A stretch of 63,740 nt of DNA, filler included, from Choristocarpus tenellus KU-1152 (taxonomy: Eukaryota; Protista; Phaeophyceae), in NCBI GenBank assembly GCA_964200185.2. It is 10 parts of 10 records of this genome, joined end to end, with 100 filler letters (N's around TTAATTAATTAA, not from the genome) between each part and the next. Parts side by side here need not be neighbours in the genome. Positions count along the whole stretch, not along the records: positions 25,424 to 29,191 come from CAXNAD020018035.1; positions 29,292 to 32,504 come from CAXNAD020021496.1; positions 32,605 to 36,742 come from CAXNAD020016032.1; positions 36,843 to 41,208 come from CAXNAD020014887.1; 6 more parts are not named here. One strand, given 5' to 3'. The number at the start of each line of letters is the position of its first letter. Position 1 is the first letter of the stretch. The position numbers and the translations under genes were made by a program. Shown in pieces: positions 26,435 to 37,901 of the stretch. The notes under the pieces were generated by a model that saw nothing but the letters and a program-made list of their open reading frames with translations, was not told where the DNA came from and did not search any database.

Positions 26435-26914
26435 CTCATGTGCTCGAAGTGGTCCCGTCAACTGGGCCACATCGTTGGGTTTCGCCTTGATTCCCTTGGC
26501 CAAAACCACTTCCAACCCCTTCCCAATCATTGCCTCGGCATCCATCCCCATAGCCGCCACGAATCCCCCACTGACGTAGATAATATTAAGGTCGTTAGAC
26601 GAAAGATCCACCACCGCGAAAGGCGTCCTGTGGTGGGTTACGGCCTTGAGGAGAGAGACATCCCTCTCGCAAAGGCTTATAGGGGAGATAAATGGGTCTC
26701 TCTCCACGAACTTTGGCAGGGGGATAGGCTGCTGGTAAACCCTCTGCCTCTTTTCTCCTCGAACCCCTTCATCACCACCTCCGGTAAGGTCCCTCGCTGA
26801 CTCTGCAGGGTTGACGGTTCCCTTGCAGGTGCTTCCGGATGTACCCATGTCACTTCTGCCACTTGGCCAGGTGCAAGGTCGCCTCTCACACCTTCCTCCG
26901 GCAGCTAGTTCCAC
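26435..26914 (-). CDS. Exon encoding an aureochrome/LOV-related PAS domain (N-terminal half) without the GRNCRFLQ motif
   Basis: DVSLLKAVTHHRTPFAVVDLSSNDLNIIYVSGGFVAAMGMDAEAMIGKGLEVVL aligns without gaps to remembered aureochrome DYSLVKALQMAQQNFVITDASLPDNPIVYASRGFLTLTGYSLDQILGRNCRFLQ. Donor GAG|GTCAGT at 26435; exon start 26914 or 26802. Confidence 0.75.
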
Positions 26915-27399
26915 CTTTTGAAAAATATTCCCTTAGCAAGCCTCTCCACTTCCAATCACCTTCACTTCAGACTGCAACAGTAAGCCAACCCCCCCCCCCC
27001 TCCTACAATGGTACAGCGTCAAAGCTGTACCTTACGTAATATCAAAGGCCCTCGTCTGGGGATCGGGAACAAAAGAGTGAAGGGAAGCACAGGTTGAACG
27101 TCAACCAATTTTGTTTGAGCGTGCACCTGAGAGACCTTACGGGACAGACAAGGTCAGCGTATCTGACAAGCAATCACGGTCAATGTTTATGCCTTCCTCA
27201 CTTTCACATGTCTGTAAGGTAAACTATAGTTTTGTTTTTTTTCGAATACGTACAACAATGGTATCAATAAAGAGTCAAATATTATATATTTTTTATTTTT
27301 CTGTAGTGGAGTGTGTATCCTCTCACACATTTTGCGCACGGTTTGTAGACACTCGATTGTACGAAATACCTCAATCGAAAATTGTGGTAAGAAAGTAGG

Positions 27400-27905
27400 A
27401 GGTTGGTGTGGTAGGAAGGCAGTAGATTGTAAACCTTGACGTGGCGATTGTGGTTGCAGAAAATAGCTGTCAATAGAATATTCAGTGATATTCCAAGGAT
27501 ACAGTGAGTGGAGCTGCAAATGTAAACAGTATAGCAGCTTCATACACAGACCATTTGTAATACGCTGGTTTGGAAGTATATCACCTCCGACACCCACACC
27601 AGAAGTGTTATTAGAAGGGTGGTGTGCCAGTGATCGAGCTCAAATAAGGTTCTTAGAGGTCTGAAAGAAACGGGAATGGGCTTGGAAGCGACAGAGCACA
27701 GAACCCAAAATATCGTCGTCAAGGTGTTGGAAGGTAACTGGCAAACGGGTCAAACGAGGAAAAGTATCCATATTTAAGGGGTCCCTCGACACCTACACGA
27801 GGAAGATGGAAAAATACTTTCACCATAGGGATCAGACTGGTTGCTAGCAACACCTTAAAGGATTTGCAGTAGAGAGGATCAGGGAGAGTGCCTCTCAACA
27901 CATCG
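27400..27905 (-). mobile_element. Possible highly decayed Gypsy integrase C-terminal region
   Basis: Weak pieces SSITGTPPF and YPWNI (GPY/F-like); many stops and frameshifts. Confidence 0.35.
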
Positions 27906-27959
27906 TTAACAAATCTGACACGTTACTGACAGACCAAGGACTCATTCATGATGGAACAG

Positions 27960-28990
27960 CAAAGAGTGATACATTGAAGTGCTCCTAAACGACAAGTCAG
28001 ACAACCTTAACCCAATAATTCTGAATACCTCAATCACGGTCCACCTGCATGGCATTCACTGCTGTACCAACACCGGTGGGAGTGTCTTAAGCTGTCTGAA
28101 CCATGATAAACAGGAAGGCAATGGGATCAGAGCATCTTCCAGCTGGGATCCTGAAAAACTGTGCTTGCTGTGTAGGACCAGGAAGATTTATCGCAGGTTT
28201 GGAAGGATGCGATCGTAAAGTGCTCCTGGAGAAGAAGGATCAGATGGATTGTGGTAACTACATCCGCATCTCATTTGAGGCACAACCTGGTAAAGTATAC
28301 TTCTCAAGGTTGTTCATGATGACTGGGAACTAACCTGGAACGGAAGTACATAATCCATAAGGAACAATGTGGTACCTGGCCCTGGATCTCCACAGTGCGC
28401 ATTATGTACACCCTGCATGCCCTCCAAGAGTTCAGTCGCGAAAACCACATATATCTATTCGCGTGTCTCATTGATCTACAATTACCATGTAACTCTATTT
28501 ACGACAATCTCCTGCGAAATTGTGATTGCCAAGTTTGGAGAGCCTGAAAAGATCATCTCTGCTACCCATCATTTCCATGATGGAATGCTGGTATGCGTGC
28601 ACATGGATGATGGAGAGTGTGCAGATCGGTTTGAGGTCGGTCAACGTCCTTGCCAAGGGTGTGTTCTGGCACCCATCCTGTTCAGTATCTTCTTCACAAT
28701 GGTGCAAAGCAGGAGTTCAATATTCCAATTACTTCGTTGTCACTGAAGGGGCTGCATCAAACAACCAGGACAGAGGATGAGGAGAGACAGGGAGTGGGGT
28801 AACTTTATTGGCGTCTATGGTATCATCTATGCCACCGATGTGGGTGTTGTCTCTAAGCCCAAAAGAATTTTCGCCAGGATGATGACAGTGATTGTGAAGG
28901 TGGCCAAGTCATTTAGACCGACCGTTTGTGGAACCTAAAGGTGGAGACTTTGTCGTACCTTCGACCTCCCTACAAGGTGGAGACATTATG
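27960..28990 (+). mobile_element. Decayed RTE-type non-LTR retrotransposon RT
   Basis: AKFGEPEKII..HFHDGM..FEVGQRPCQGCVLAPILFSIFF and IYATDVGVVS (YADD-like). Confidence 0.85.
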
Positions 28991-29449
28991 CACATCGTGA
29001 TATACCTTTTCCGATGCGATCATTTGTTATACTAAGAATGTTATATCAATCAGGTTATTGAGACACACTGATTAAAAGAAGGAAGGATTGTGGTGGAGGT
29101 CGAGGTATTTATGAAGGGGGGAGTATATATTTATATTATTATGCCCTCTGACATTTTGCAGATGTGTCAGGGGAAAACCAATGAAAACTATNNNNNNNNN
29201 NNNNNNNNNNNNNNNNNNNNNNNNNNNNNNNNNNNTTAATTAATTAANNNNNNNNNNNNNNNNNNNNNNNNNNNNNNNNNNNNNNNNNNNNACAAAAGAG
29301 AAAAGAGGTGAGAAGGGGGGGGGGGCAGGGGAGAGGAGGGGGGGGGAGGAGAAGGGGGGGGGGGGGGCTCGTGGGAAGTCTCGGGGGAGGGGGACAAGTT
29401 GAGCTGCTGAAAATATGGCGAAGCTTGGAAAATCTTGGACATGCAGACA

Positions 29450-29706
29450 GAGTCAATGTATCTTAGAGGGTAGAGCTTCATCAATTTGGGAGTCAAAATC
29501 CAATGTTGCGATTATGATGTAATGCTGACTATCATGTTTGTTAGGGAGTGTCAATATCCTTGTTCCAGCACACCTTTTAAAAAGGTATATATTTTAACTA
29601 CTCCGAAACATTTCGGAGTAGGAAAGTGTCATAAAGAACACGTGGGAAGCCAAGCCCCAAACAGACAAACAGGTCAAAACTCGTACCCTCTAAGATACTT
29701 TCACTC
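29450..29706 (-). mobile_element. MITE family A, TSD ACA
   Basis: Inverted full-length copy; ACA on both flanks. Confidence 0.92.
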
Positions 29707-29899
29707 ACAGCATGCTGAGGATTCAATGCATAGCGGCAGCGAATGCTGTGTCGGGCAGATAGAGACTAAGTTATTTCAATCCTATCTCATCCATGTTTTG
29801 AAGAAATTGCTGAAACAATAACCTAAGGACGAGGGTCAGAAGGTGGTGGGCCATTGTGGAGTATGTTTGTTGTGGGTTTGTCTTCTTCTATTCCTCATA

Positions 29900-32175
29900 A
29901 GAAGGATGGACTGCCATGCTGCATGAGTTGGGCACTTGGACACAAAATACTGCTTGAAAGATAACTGTTTTGTAAGCTTGTTGACCTTGCGTGTGGAATA
30001 TACCTTGCTTCGTACTTTGGTTCTTGCTACTTTCACAGAAGCACAGACCCTTCAACAAACCTAAGAAGCATCAAGCTCCAAACCATTGGTAACTGGGACA
30101 ACACAATACCACACCCTTGATGCTGCTTCCTATATACTCCAGAGTTTTTGCTAAATGGAGCAGGGTTTTTTGTAGTCATCCAGAGGTCGTCTTGCTGAGT
30201 TAGGATGCGCCATTTGGTGGTTTTGCACACGCATTCTTGGATGCTTGATGGTGGGGATCCTTGAACGAATTCCTGCGGGTGGGGTTCTCCAGGGCGTATT
30301 ACTGGACATGACGGAACAGGATCGTAGGCCAGTCCCAGTGAAATATATCTTAAAAAAAGACCAGTCTGTTGAAAAACTTAGCGCCTGTAAGGCTCGCAAA
30401 AGCAACCTAGTAGTGGAGTTACATGGTAAAACATACACTGAATATTAATTATTCACTGGGTCTTCGTCTTAGCCATCAATTATCTCTGACGTATGACCAA
30501 AGACTGACCCATCATACCGCTATGCACATTACTACTTTCTATTGTACAGAACTAAAGATAAACGTATATGAAACCCATGTTATATACTTGTATCAGCATA
30601 CACAACGTAAGGATAACACAAATTTATTCGACATACTCCCCTTGGTGAAAGCAAGTATTAACTCTCAATCAATCAATCATCACAAAAAAAAATCAACACA
30701 TATGTTACCTTACATGTTCATTAAAAACTTAACATGCTGTCTAATAACTCGAACTGGCAAATTCTTGGTCAACACATCTGCCCTCTGATTTGCAGTACCA
30801 GCAAAAACAACATGGATCTCTCCTTTTCTAGCTAAGTCCGTCAGAAAATGGTATTGGACATGAATGTGCTTTCTTCTAGTAGAGCTTGTGGCATTTCGTC
30901 CTAGTTTGCATGCACCATCGTTATCCTCAAACATGTCAATACAAAGCCTAGAAAACTGTGGCTGAATAAACTTGAAAACGCTTCTCTCAAGAAAACCAAT
31001 TCCTGTGCCACACTGCTAAGAGCTATATACTCACTCTCCTTGGAAGACAGAGCTAAAACTCGTACCTTTGACATCCAAGATATTGCTCCTCCAGTCACCT
31101 TTCTACGATCATTCCAGTCTCCAGCATAACTAGCATCTGCATACACACACTCAAGTTACGTGTTCATTAATAACTTCAGATGTTGTCTATATATTCTTAC
31201 TGGCAAATTCTTGGTCAGCACATCTCCCCTCTGATTTGCAGTACCAACAAAAATAACACGGATCTCTCCTTTTCTAGCTAGTACCTCAGAAAATGGTCTC
31301 GAAATGTGCTTTGTTCTAGTAGAACTTGTGGCATTTCATACTAGTCTGCATGCACCATCGTTATCCTCAAACATGTCAATGCAACGCCTAGAAAACTGTG
31401 GCTGAATAAACCCAAAAACGCTTCTCAAGGAAAATAATTCCTGTGCTACACTGCTAAGAGCTATATCGATGACGAGGTATGTGATGTCCGAGCAGGTGCT
31501 GCAAATCGCTATGTTAGACTGTTTGATGACCTGACTATATACATCACATGCCCCATCATCGCCACCTGGCCAACCCAGTCCAACAGCATCGTAAATGTGA
31601 TGTGGGGGTCTGACCCCCGTGACATCTTGACTGCCATCACCTTCCTTTGGAGTCTCGCAATTTCCTCATCTGAATGGGTTAGGAAATGTTCTAGTAGCTG
31701 TTGCCAATCTCCTGAAGGTGACGCTGCATTGCGGACAATGCACCTGAAAACCCGTTGGTACTCCTCAACTGGACGTCATATGCCTTTTTGGTCTTGGTGA
31801 CCTCCAATTCATCCACATCCTCCCCCTTGATGAAGTCAATATCACCCACCCTGATGGGTTCCTCCCTGACCTTTAGGGCCTCATCAATGTCGCCTTTTGC
31901 GCCCAAAAATGCACGGGTTGTGGCGAATCAGTCAGCATAGTTGTCATCCGTTAGCTGAAGGAGTTTGGTGTGAAACCCACCAGAAGACATAGGTGATGTG
32001 ATACCCTCAAACGAAAGCAGTCCAGCTACGCCTCCCCTACCTAGAGTTGGGATTAGGCGCTTTAGCATGTTGAAGAATTTGGCGCCTGTAAGGCTCGTCG
32101 CCGAAAGCTAGTAGTTGAGTTAAATCGTAAAACATACACTGAATATTAATTATCTACTTCACCTTTGTCTTAAGA
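29900..32175 (-). mobile_element. Decayed Ty1/Copia complex: partial LTR 32087-~32175, gag remnant ~31480-32070, duplicated RNase H (31160-31465 and 30710-31146), LTR 30386-30633, then a second PBS/gag-like region
   Basis: RNase H: YADASYAGD, ALSSKESEYIALS, FEDNDGAC, RRKHIHVQYHFL, QRADVLTK. Gag-like: KMSRGSDP..QVAMMG. LTR TG...CA is preceded on the minus strand by PPT AAGGGGAGTA. Confidence 0.85.
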
Positions 32176-32399
32176 ATTTTTATTATCTTGCCATCTGACA
32201 TTTTGGAAATGTGTCAGGGGGAAAACCAATGAAAACTATAGACATCGTCAGCATAAGCCTTAAGGAAATAAAATGCCATAAATGTGAAAGACACTAATTA
32301 TTATTAGGTATATTATTATTATGCCCTCTGACAATTTTCCAGATGTGTCAGCGGGGAAACAAATGAAACCTATACATGTGTCAGTATAAGCTGCCCTAA

Positions 32400-32504
32400 G
32401 GGTCAAAGTATCTGGGGGGGGGGGGGAGGTTGTGAGGTGGCGTCCGTTTCGGTCAAACAACTATTTTTTTTCCTGAACTTTCAAATCTTACACGTTCGAC
32501 CAAA
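32400..32504 (+). mobile_element. MITE family C, left part, truncated by contig end
   Basis: GGGTCAAAGTATCTGGGGG TIR with subterminal GCGTCCGTTT. Confidence 0.7.
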
Positions 32505-33071
32505 NNNNNNNNNNNNNNNNNNNNNNNNNNNNNNNNNNNNNNNNNNNNTTAATTAATTAANNNNNNNNNNNNNNNNNNNNNNNNNNNNNNNNNNNNNNNN
32601 NNNNCACTTTTTTTTTATCTATTTCGGTCAAAACCATCCTCAATAGTACGCTCCATCCTCAATTTTAAAATCCGCTGTTATTGGTTCAAGTTTGTTCTGT
32701 TGCTCCCTTGTTTGTTTTTCTTCACCCTTTTTCTTCTTATCAGCAGAAGATGAGAGTTGTGCGTTGATTGTTGATTATTATTTCTTTCATGGCTGCCATT
32801 GATCACCCACAATGCACCAAGCTCACTCTGCAATGAGTGCACCAGCTGCACAACTGGATGTAATATAATCAGAGTTAAACGTATCCGTGGAAACCCTTGC
32901 CAGCCAAGGTAACAAGCCTCTCCACAGAGCATGGACTTCTTTCGTTGAGTATCTCATGAAGGAGTACTGAATTCATATCACATCATTCTGGATTGAGCAA
33001 CCAAGAATACTGAATTCACATCGCATCTTTCTTGATGGAGATCAATGGCCTTAGTTACAACAGAATAAATA

Positions 33072-33236
33072 CATCGGTGCCTTGCAGCACAATCACATCT
33101 ATCTATAACACAGACTACGTATATGTACATCTATCCATAACACAGACTACGCATATCACTCATCGGTGCTTTGCAGCACAAGCACATCTATCCATAACAT
33201 AGACTACGCATATCACTCATCGGTGCTTTGCAACAC
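33072..33236. repeat. ~58-bp degenerate tandem repeat
   Basis: CATCGGTGC[C/T]TTGCA x3 and CATCTAT.[C/T]ATAACA.AGACTACG x3. Confidence 0.8.
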
Positions 33237-33689
33237 CATGATTCCTTATCGCTCATAGTCTACTAATTTTGCTTGCATGTACGATGCATTCGATTCAGGT
33301 TTCAACATTAAACAACAATAGACACCCCAACTCGGAGTCACCCTACCCCCCGTGGAGGAAGATCCACAAGTTGAGCCACAGGAGGAGCCGCAGGAGCAAG
33401 GACAAAACATACCTGCTACTCGACGCCAACAATCACATCACTTATCTGGACAACAACCAGCCATCATGAATACGTGCACAAGACATGAATCAACGCACAG
33501 TGCAGGGGCTGGCAGCGGTGCTGCACTTTGCAGTATTCTGCTAAAAGGAGGTGTGAAACTGGATATGCCTGTGATGGAGAGCGAATGAACCGGACACAAC
33601 CTGGCCACGCAGGCGGCGATGACAATATCAGAGGTACTGATGAACTATCTCTCCCTTGAGCTAACCATCATGCACCAGGCTCGCCATTC

Positions 33690-35200
33690 GCCACAACAAA
33701 ATCACTGGAGAGGAGCAGAAGAAGTCGAGATTAAAGGCCTCATCGACAACGGAATGAGAGACCAAGTACAGCATCCTATGGACAAGCTGGTTATGGGAAC
33801 CAAGATGCTCTACAAATGAAGGATAAATATAAACAGAGAAATGGAGGAGTATCAATGCCAACTCGTGGCAGAGGGATTTCAACAAGTCAAGGGCCTGCGC
33901 TAACAGGAAATGTTTCACCCACACCCGCAGCAACCAGCTTTAGAATGATGCTCGCAACCACAGCGGTGGAAGACTGGGAACTAAAGCACTTGGATATGGA
34001 ACAAACTTCTCTCAAAGCTGACATGGATGAAGAGATATCTACATCGAGATACCCGAGAATAAATGGAGTTCCCAGAAGCTGCGGGCAAGCTAAAATAATT
34101 GGTCTACGGTATTTTTCAAGCCAGAAGATGCTGGAACATTAACCTCACCTATGACCTTAAGACCTCAGAGTTCAAGCAGTCACGCGCTGACCCTTGCTTG
34201 TTCAGGGACAATAAAGTGGGAAGTGATAGGTGGAAGATTCTGGTGGGTCACAAGGGAATCATGATGATAGAGCAGCGCCTCTCAGACCTGAGCTCACAGT
34301 TCAAGATCGAGGATGTGGGCAAGGCAGAGTACTGCATGGGTTATCACATAACCTGCAACAGATAGTAGAAAGAGCTCCGACTGTACCAGGACCTGAACAC
34401 ACAGACCATCGCGGACCGTTTCAAGGTTATGAAGACAAGCATGATCCCGGTGGCTGCCGGAGTAATGAATCTATCAAAGAAAGATGGACATCAGTCGCCG
34501 GAGGAGGAGAAGAAGATGCAGGGAATACCATACAGTGAATCAGCGGGACTGCTTATGTGGGCTTCCACCATGATGTCTGGACATAGAAGCTGCAGTCCAC
34601 ACTGTGGCGAAATTCTGTGACAACCCAGGAGATAAGCACTGGAAGATTGTACTCGAGATATTTCAGTACCTGCTTCAAATGAAGCAACCGGGGATCATAT
34701 ATAGAGGACTGAAGGCTGACAGAAGAAAAATATCAGCATACATAGACTTGGCTACTCCACCTGCCTAGACACCAGGTGATTGGTATTTATTTAGGGGGTG
34801 TAGGTGTGCTTGGAGGAGCTGCTATCAACTGGTCTTCAAGAACCCGAGAGGTGGTTGCAGTGGCCACTTCGGAGTCAGAGTACATTGCACTATCAGAAGC
34901 GGTGAAGGAAGTCCTGTACCTACGCCAAGTACCGCATCTCACCTTGCCAGGAGTGGAGGAGTACTCTTTCCCCATTGTGCAACACAACCAAGGGGTCATT
35001 AAGCTGGTAAACAACCTCTACAACAAGGTGCTCATGAGACACATCAATGTGAAGCATCATTTTGTTCTTGATGACATCAAGAAGCACAAGACCCACTCAT
35101 CTACATAAAAACAGAGCGCCAGCATGCAGATGTTCTTACCAAGGCACTGGAATACAAGACGTTTGAGGAGCTCATTAGTGTTCTAATAGACATCGAGTAG
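33690..35200 (+). mobile_element. Decayed Ty1/Copia pol (RT plus RNase H); PPT and LTR start near 35669
   Basis: WRGAEEVEIKGL, WELKHLDMEQ, FKQSRADPCLF, PYSESAGLLMW, VATSESEYIALSEAVKE, RHINVKHHFV, ADVLTK; frameshifted. Confidence 0.92.
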
Positions 35201-35240
35201 ATGAGAATGCTGGAGAATACATAGTTATGAGCGGAAATAA

Positions 35241-35500
35241 GAGTGAAAGTATCTCAGAGGGTGTGGGTTTTGCCCTGTTTGTCCGTTTGGGGCCTGGCTT
35301 CCCACGGGTTATTTGTGACATTTTCCTACTCTGAAATGTTTTGGAGTAGATAAAATGTACACATTATGAAAATGAGTGTACGGAAACAAGGACATTGACA
35401 CTTGCTAAAAAACACAATGGTCAAAATTACATCAAAATCACAACATTGGGGTTTTGGCCCCCAAATGGACGCGGCTCTACCTTCTAGGATCCTTTGACTC
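35241..35500 (+). mobile_element. MITE family A, TSD TAA
   Basis: Full-length copy inserted in the Copia 3' region; TAA on both flanks. Confidence 0.92.
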
Positions 35501-35913
35501 TAAGTGAGGTCCATTGAACAAAGCATCAGTATCAAAATCTAGAGTATTTACGTAAGTATGTGTCGAGTTATTGGAGTAAAGGACGTGTAATTGGAGTAAC
35601 TCAGTACAAAAAGTTGATATTGAAATAAGACATTGGGAGAGAGTAAGCTCTGGCAGAGCAAGTGGGAGTGTTCATGTTGAGTGCTCTACAATCTTACTAG
35701 GGAATTGTCTGTTATATTAATGTAGCTATTAACAAGGTTAAAATACTACGACACTGAAGGGTACCATAAGATACACGATGGAAATCCGTAGAATGAGATG
35801 TTCCAGAGGAACATTCCAGAAAGGGGAACATCCTTGGAACAGGCACCTGGTTCTAGATTTCTCGTATGGTAGGATAGTACTTGTACCATACACTTGTTGT
35901 GTTGGACTCCTTG

Positions 35914-36111
35914 TCAAGTGAGGTGTTGCCGGAATGGTACATATTGCTCTTGCCAATCAAGGATCGCACCAAAGACCTGCATGACACTATTATCAAGCAG
36001 CATTTTATCAGGATCAAGTTGGGGAATCACTAAAGCTTCAATGGGCAATGTGGTGTCACCAAAGTGTAAGTACAAAACGAATAAATCCATGAATATACAG
36101 AGGTGAACCAT
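35914..36111 (-). mobile_element. Gypsy-type aspartic protease C-terminal remnant
   Basis: LPIEALVIPQLDPDKMLLDNSVMQVFGAILDW resembles the retropepsin C-terminal pattern; catalytic DTG/DSG not seen. Confidence 0.55.
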
Positions 36112-37901
36112 TATTATAACGTAGAATTATTGTACCAAGTGGGGAACAGTATGCATATCTAACATTTGAGTTGAGGGTGATTGCGAACAAATACTTCTGA
36201 AATATATGGTACATCACTTGCTGTGCCAATAGTTAAGTCATCCTCTTCTTCTTCTGGAACGATGCCAGATATGCAAACCCTTCGTGATGGAAATGATAAA
36301 GGTTTTGGAGTGGATGGGTATCTGCACAAAGAACTGTTGAACCAAGTTTGATTATTTCTATACAACCTTGCTTGAACAAAGGGTAAAAAGAGGTGCTTGG
36401 TAACAGAAAACAGGCAAAAATGATGCCTGAAGAGCAAGTGGTGTGACTGGCATCAACCTCAGACGCTTGCCACTCCCATTGATGATGTCGACTACACCAT
36501 GCTGCTCATTCCTAAATGGACAAGAGTCAAATCCATCTCGGCACTCCTAGGAACAGCCGATCATCAAAATTGAGGATGAGTGAGACGAGGATTGGTGTGC
36601 GGAAAGTGCACATATGTTTTTTTTTATGTTGCGGCACTTTTGGAAGGTCCCACTATGAATGGGAATCCATCCCGAAGGTGGTAGTAGGACAGTGTGTGGG
36701 GGGCGGCAACGATTTCGTTTGATCGTCATGTAGATGTATGCCNNNNNNNNNNNNNNNNNNNNNNNNNNNNNNNNNNNNNNNNNNNNTTAATTAATTAANN
36801 NNNNNNNNNNNNNNNNNNNNNNNNNNNNNNNNNNNNNNNNNNGGGGGAGGATTTTTTTCTTGAGGTAGTTGTGGGTGTGGATGTTTCATATTGCAAAAAA
36901 CTGTTTTGAAAGGTGGAAGGTTATATTTTGGTTAGAAAATCTTCTCAATTGGTCGTTTTAATTCCAGTTGAAACTGTTAAATGTAACTGTGAAACTGACA
37001 CGGGCAGTGCTGTCACCGTGGAACGCATCAGCATCCGGAGTAGGGTAGGTTCTTGTCGAGAAGGAGAGAGGGAGGTGGTGTGAGTGGATTGATTGTTGTT
37101 TTGTCTGATGAAGTATTAGTATGATATTTGAATATAGTATTCCAGTAGGTGAGTTTTTGAAGGTTGAGCAGAAGGGAAGTGGTTCAAACGTTATTATTTC
37201 CATCCTGCTTTTTTTTATTTTGTAATGGGTACCAACTGTGTGATTGGTAATTTCTTCATGGTGCAAAGTTTGTTACTTTTGGTTTGAGGACACAAGTGAC
37301 TTTTTCGGTAATGGAGGGGGTGGGGGAGAGATGTGCTCTCAAATTATCTTGGACGTGAACACTGATTTCATCCAAGTTGGAGTGGTGGAAGTGATGGTGG
37401 TGTAACATTTATTAATGCAATCTTAGATTGAAGTTGAATTGCACCTTTTCACTCATTACTAAGAGCAAGATCCACAATCTTGCTCATCAATGTTTCAAAG
37501 TGTTTTTCTTATTTTGACCAGTATTGCAGCACCATGCTTTGGTAGAGGTATTCACCGTTTACCACGCTGAAGGTTGACTCTGCATATTCAGTTGAGTAGA
37601 ACTGACCCCATGTACAAGAACCTTTTTTTCAAACTGTAGTAGCAATACAAAAAAATATAGTCCTCTCAAGCACAAAAAAAATCACATGTTTTTTTTTTCA
37701 TGATACTGTGGTCATCAGCTCCATTCTCCCCACTCACGCACCTCGTCTATTTTTTTTGGAGCATGAGAGAGGGGGGGGGAAGCAATGCACTCAATAGGCA
37801 CACAGAATGACAGTATGTTGACGGACTCACCCCTTCAATACTACTTGTACTCCCCCCGCTTTGACATTGATGTGCTTCCAATAACACACCACTCCATTCA
37901 G

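Noticed and set aside
29486-29821. Recurring similar short ORFs (…PTPKHFGVGKC…, …PPPRYFEP…) as a gene family
   Set aside because: They are chance translations of MITE A/B copies with inconsistent frames.
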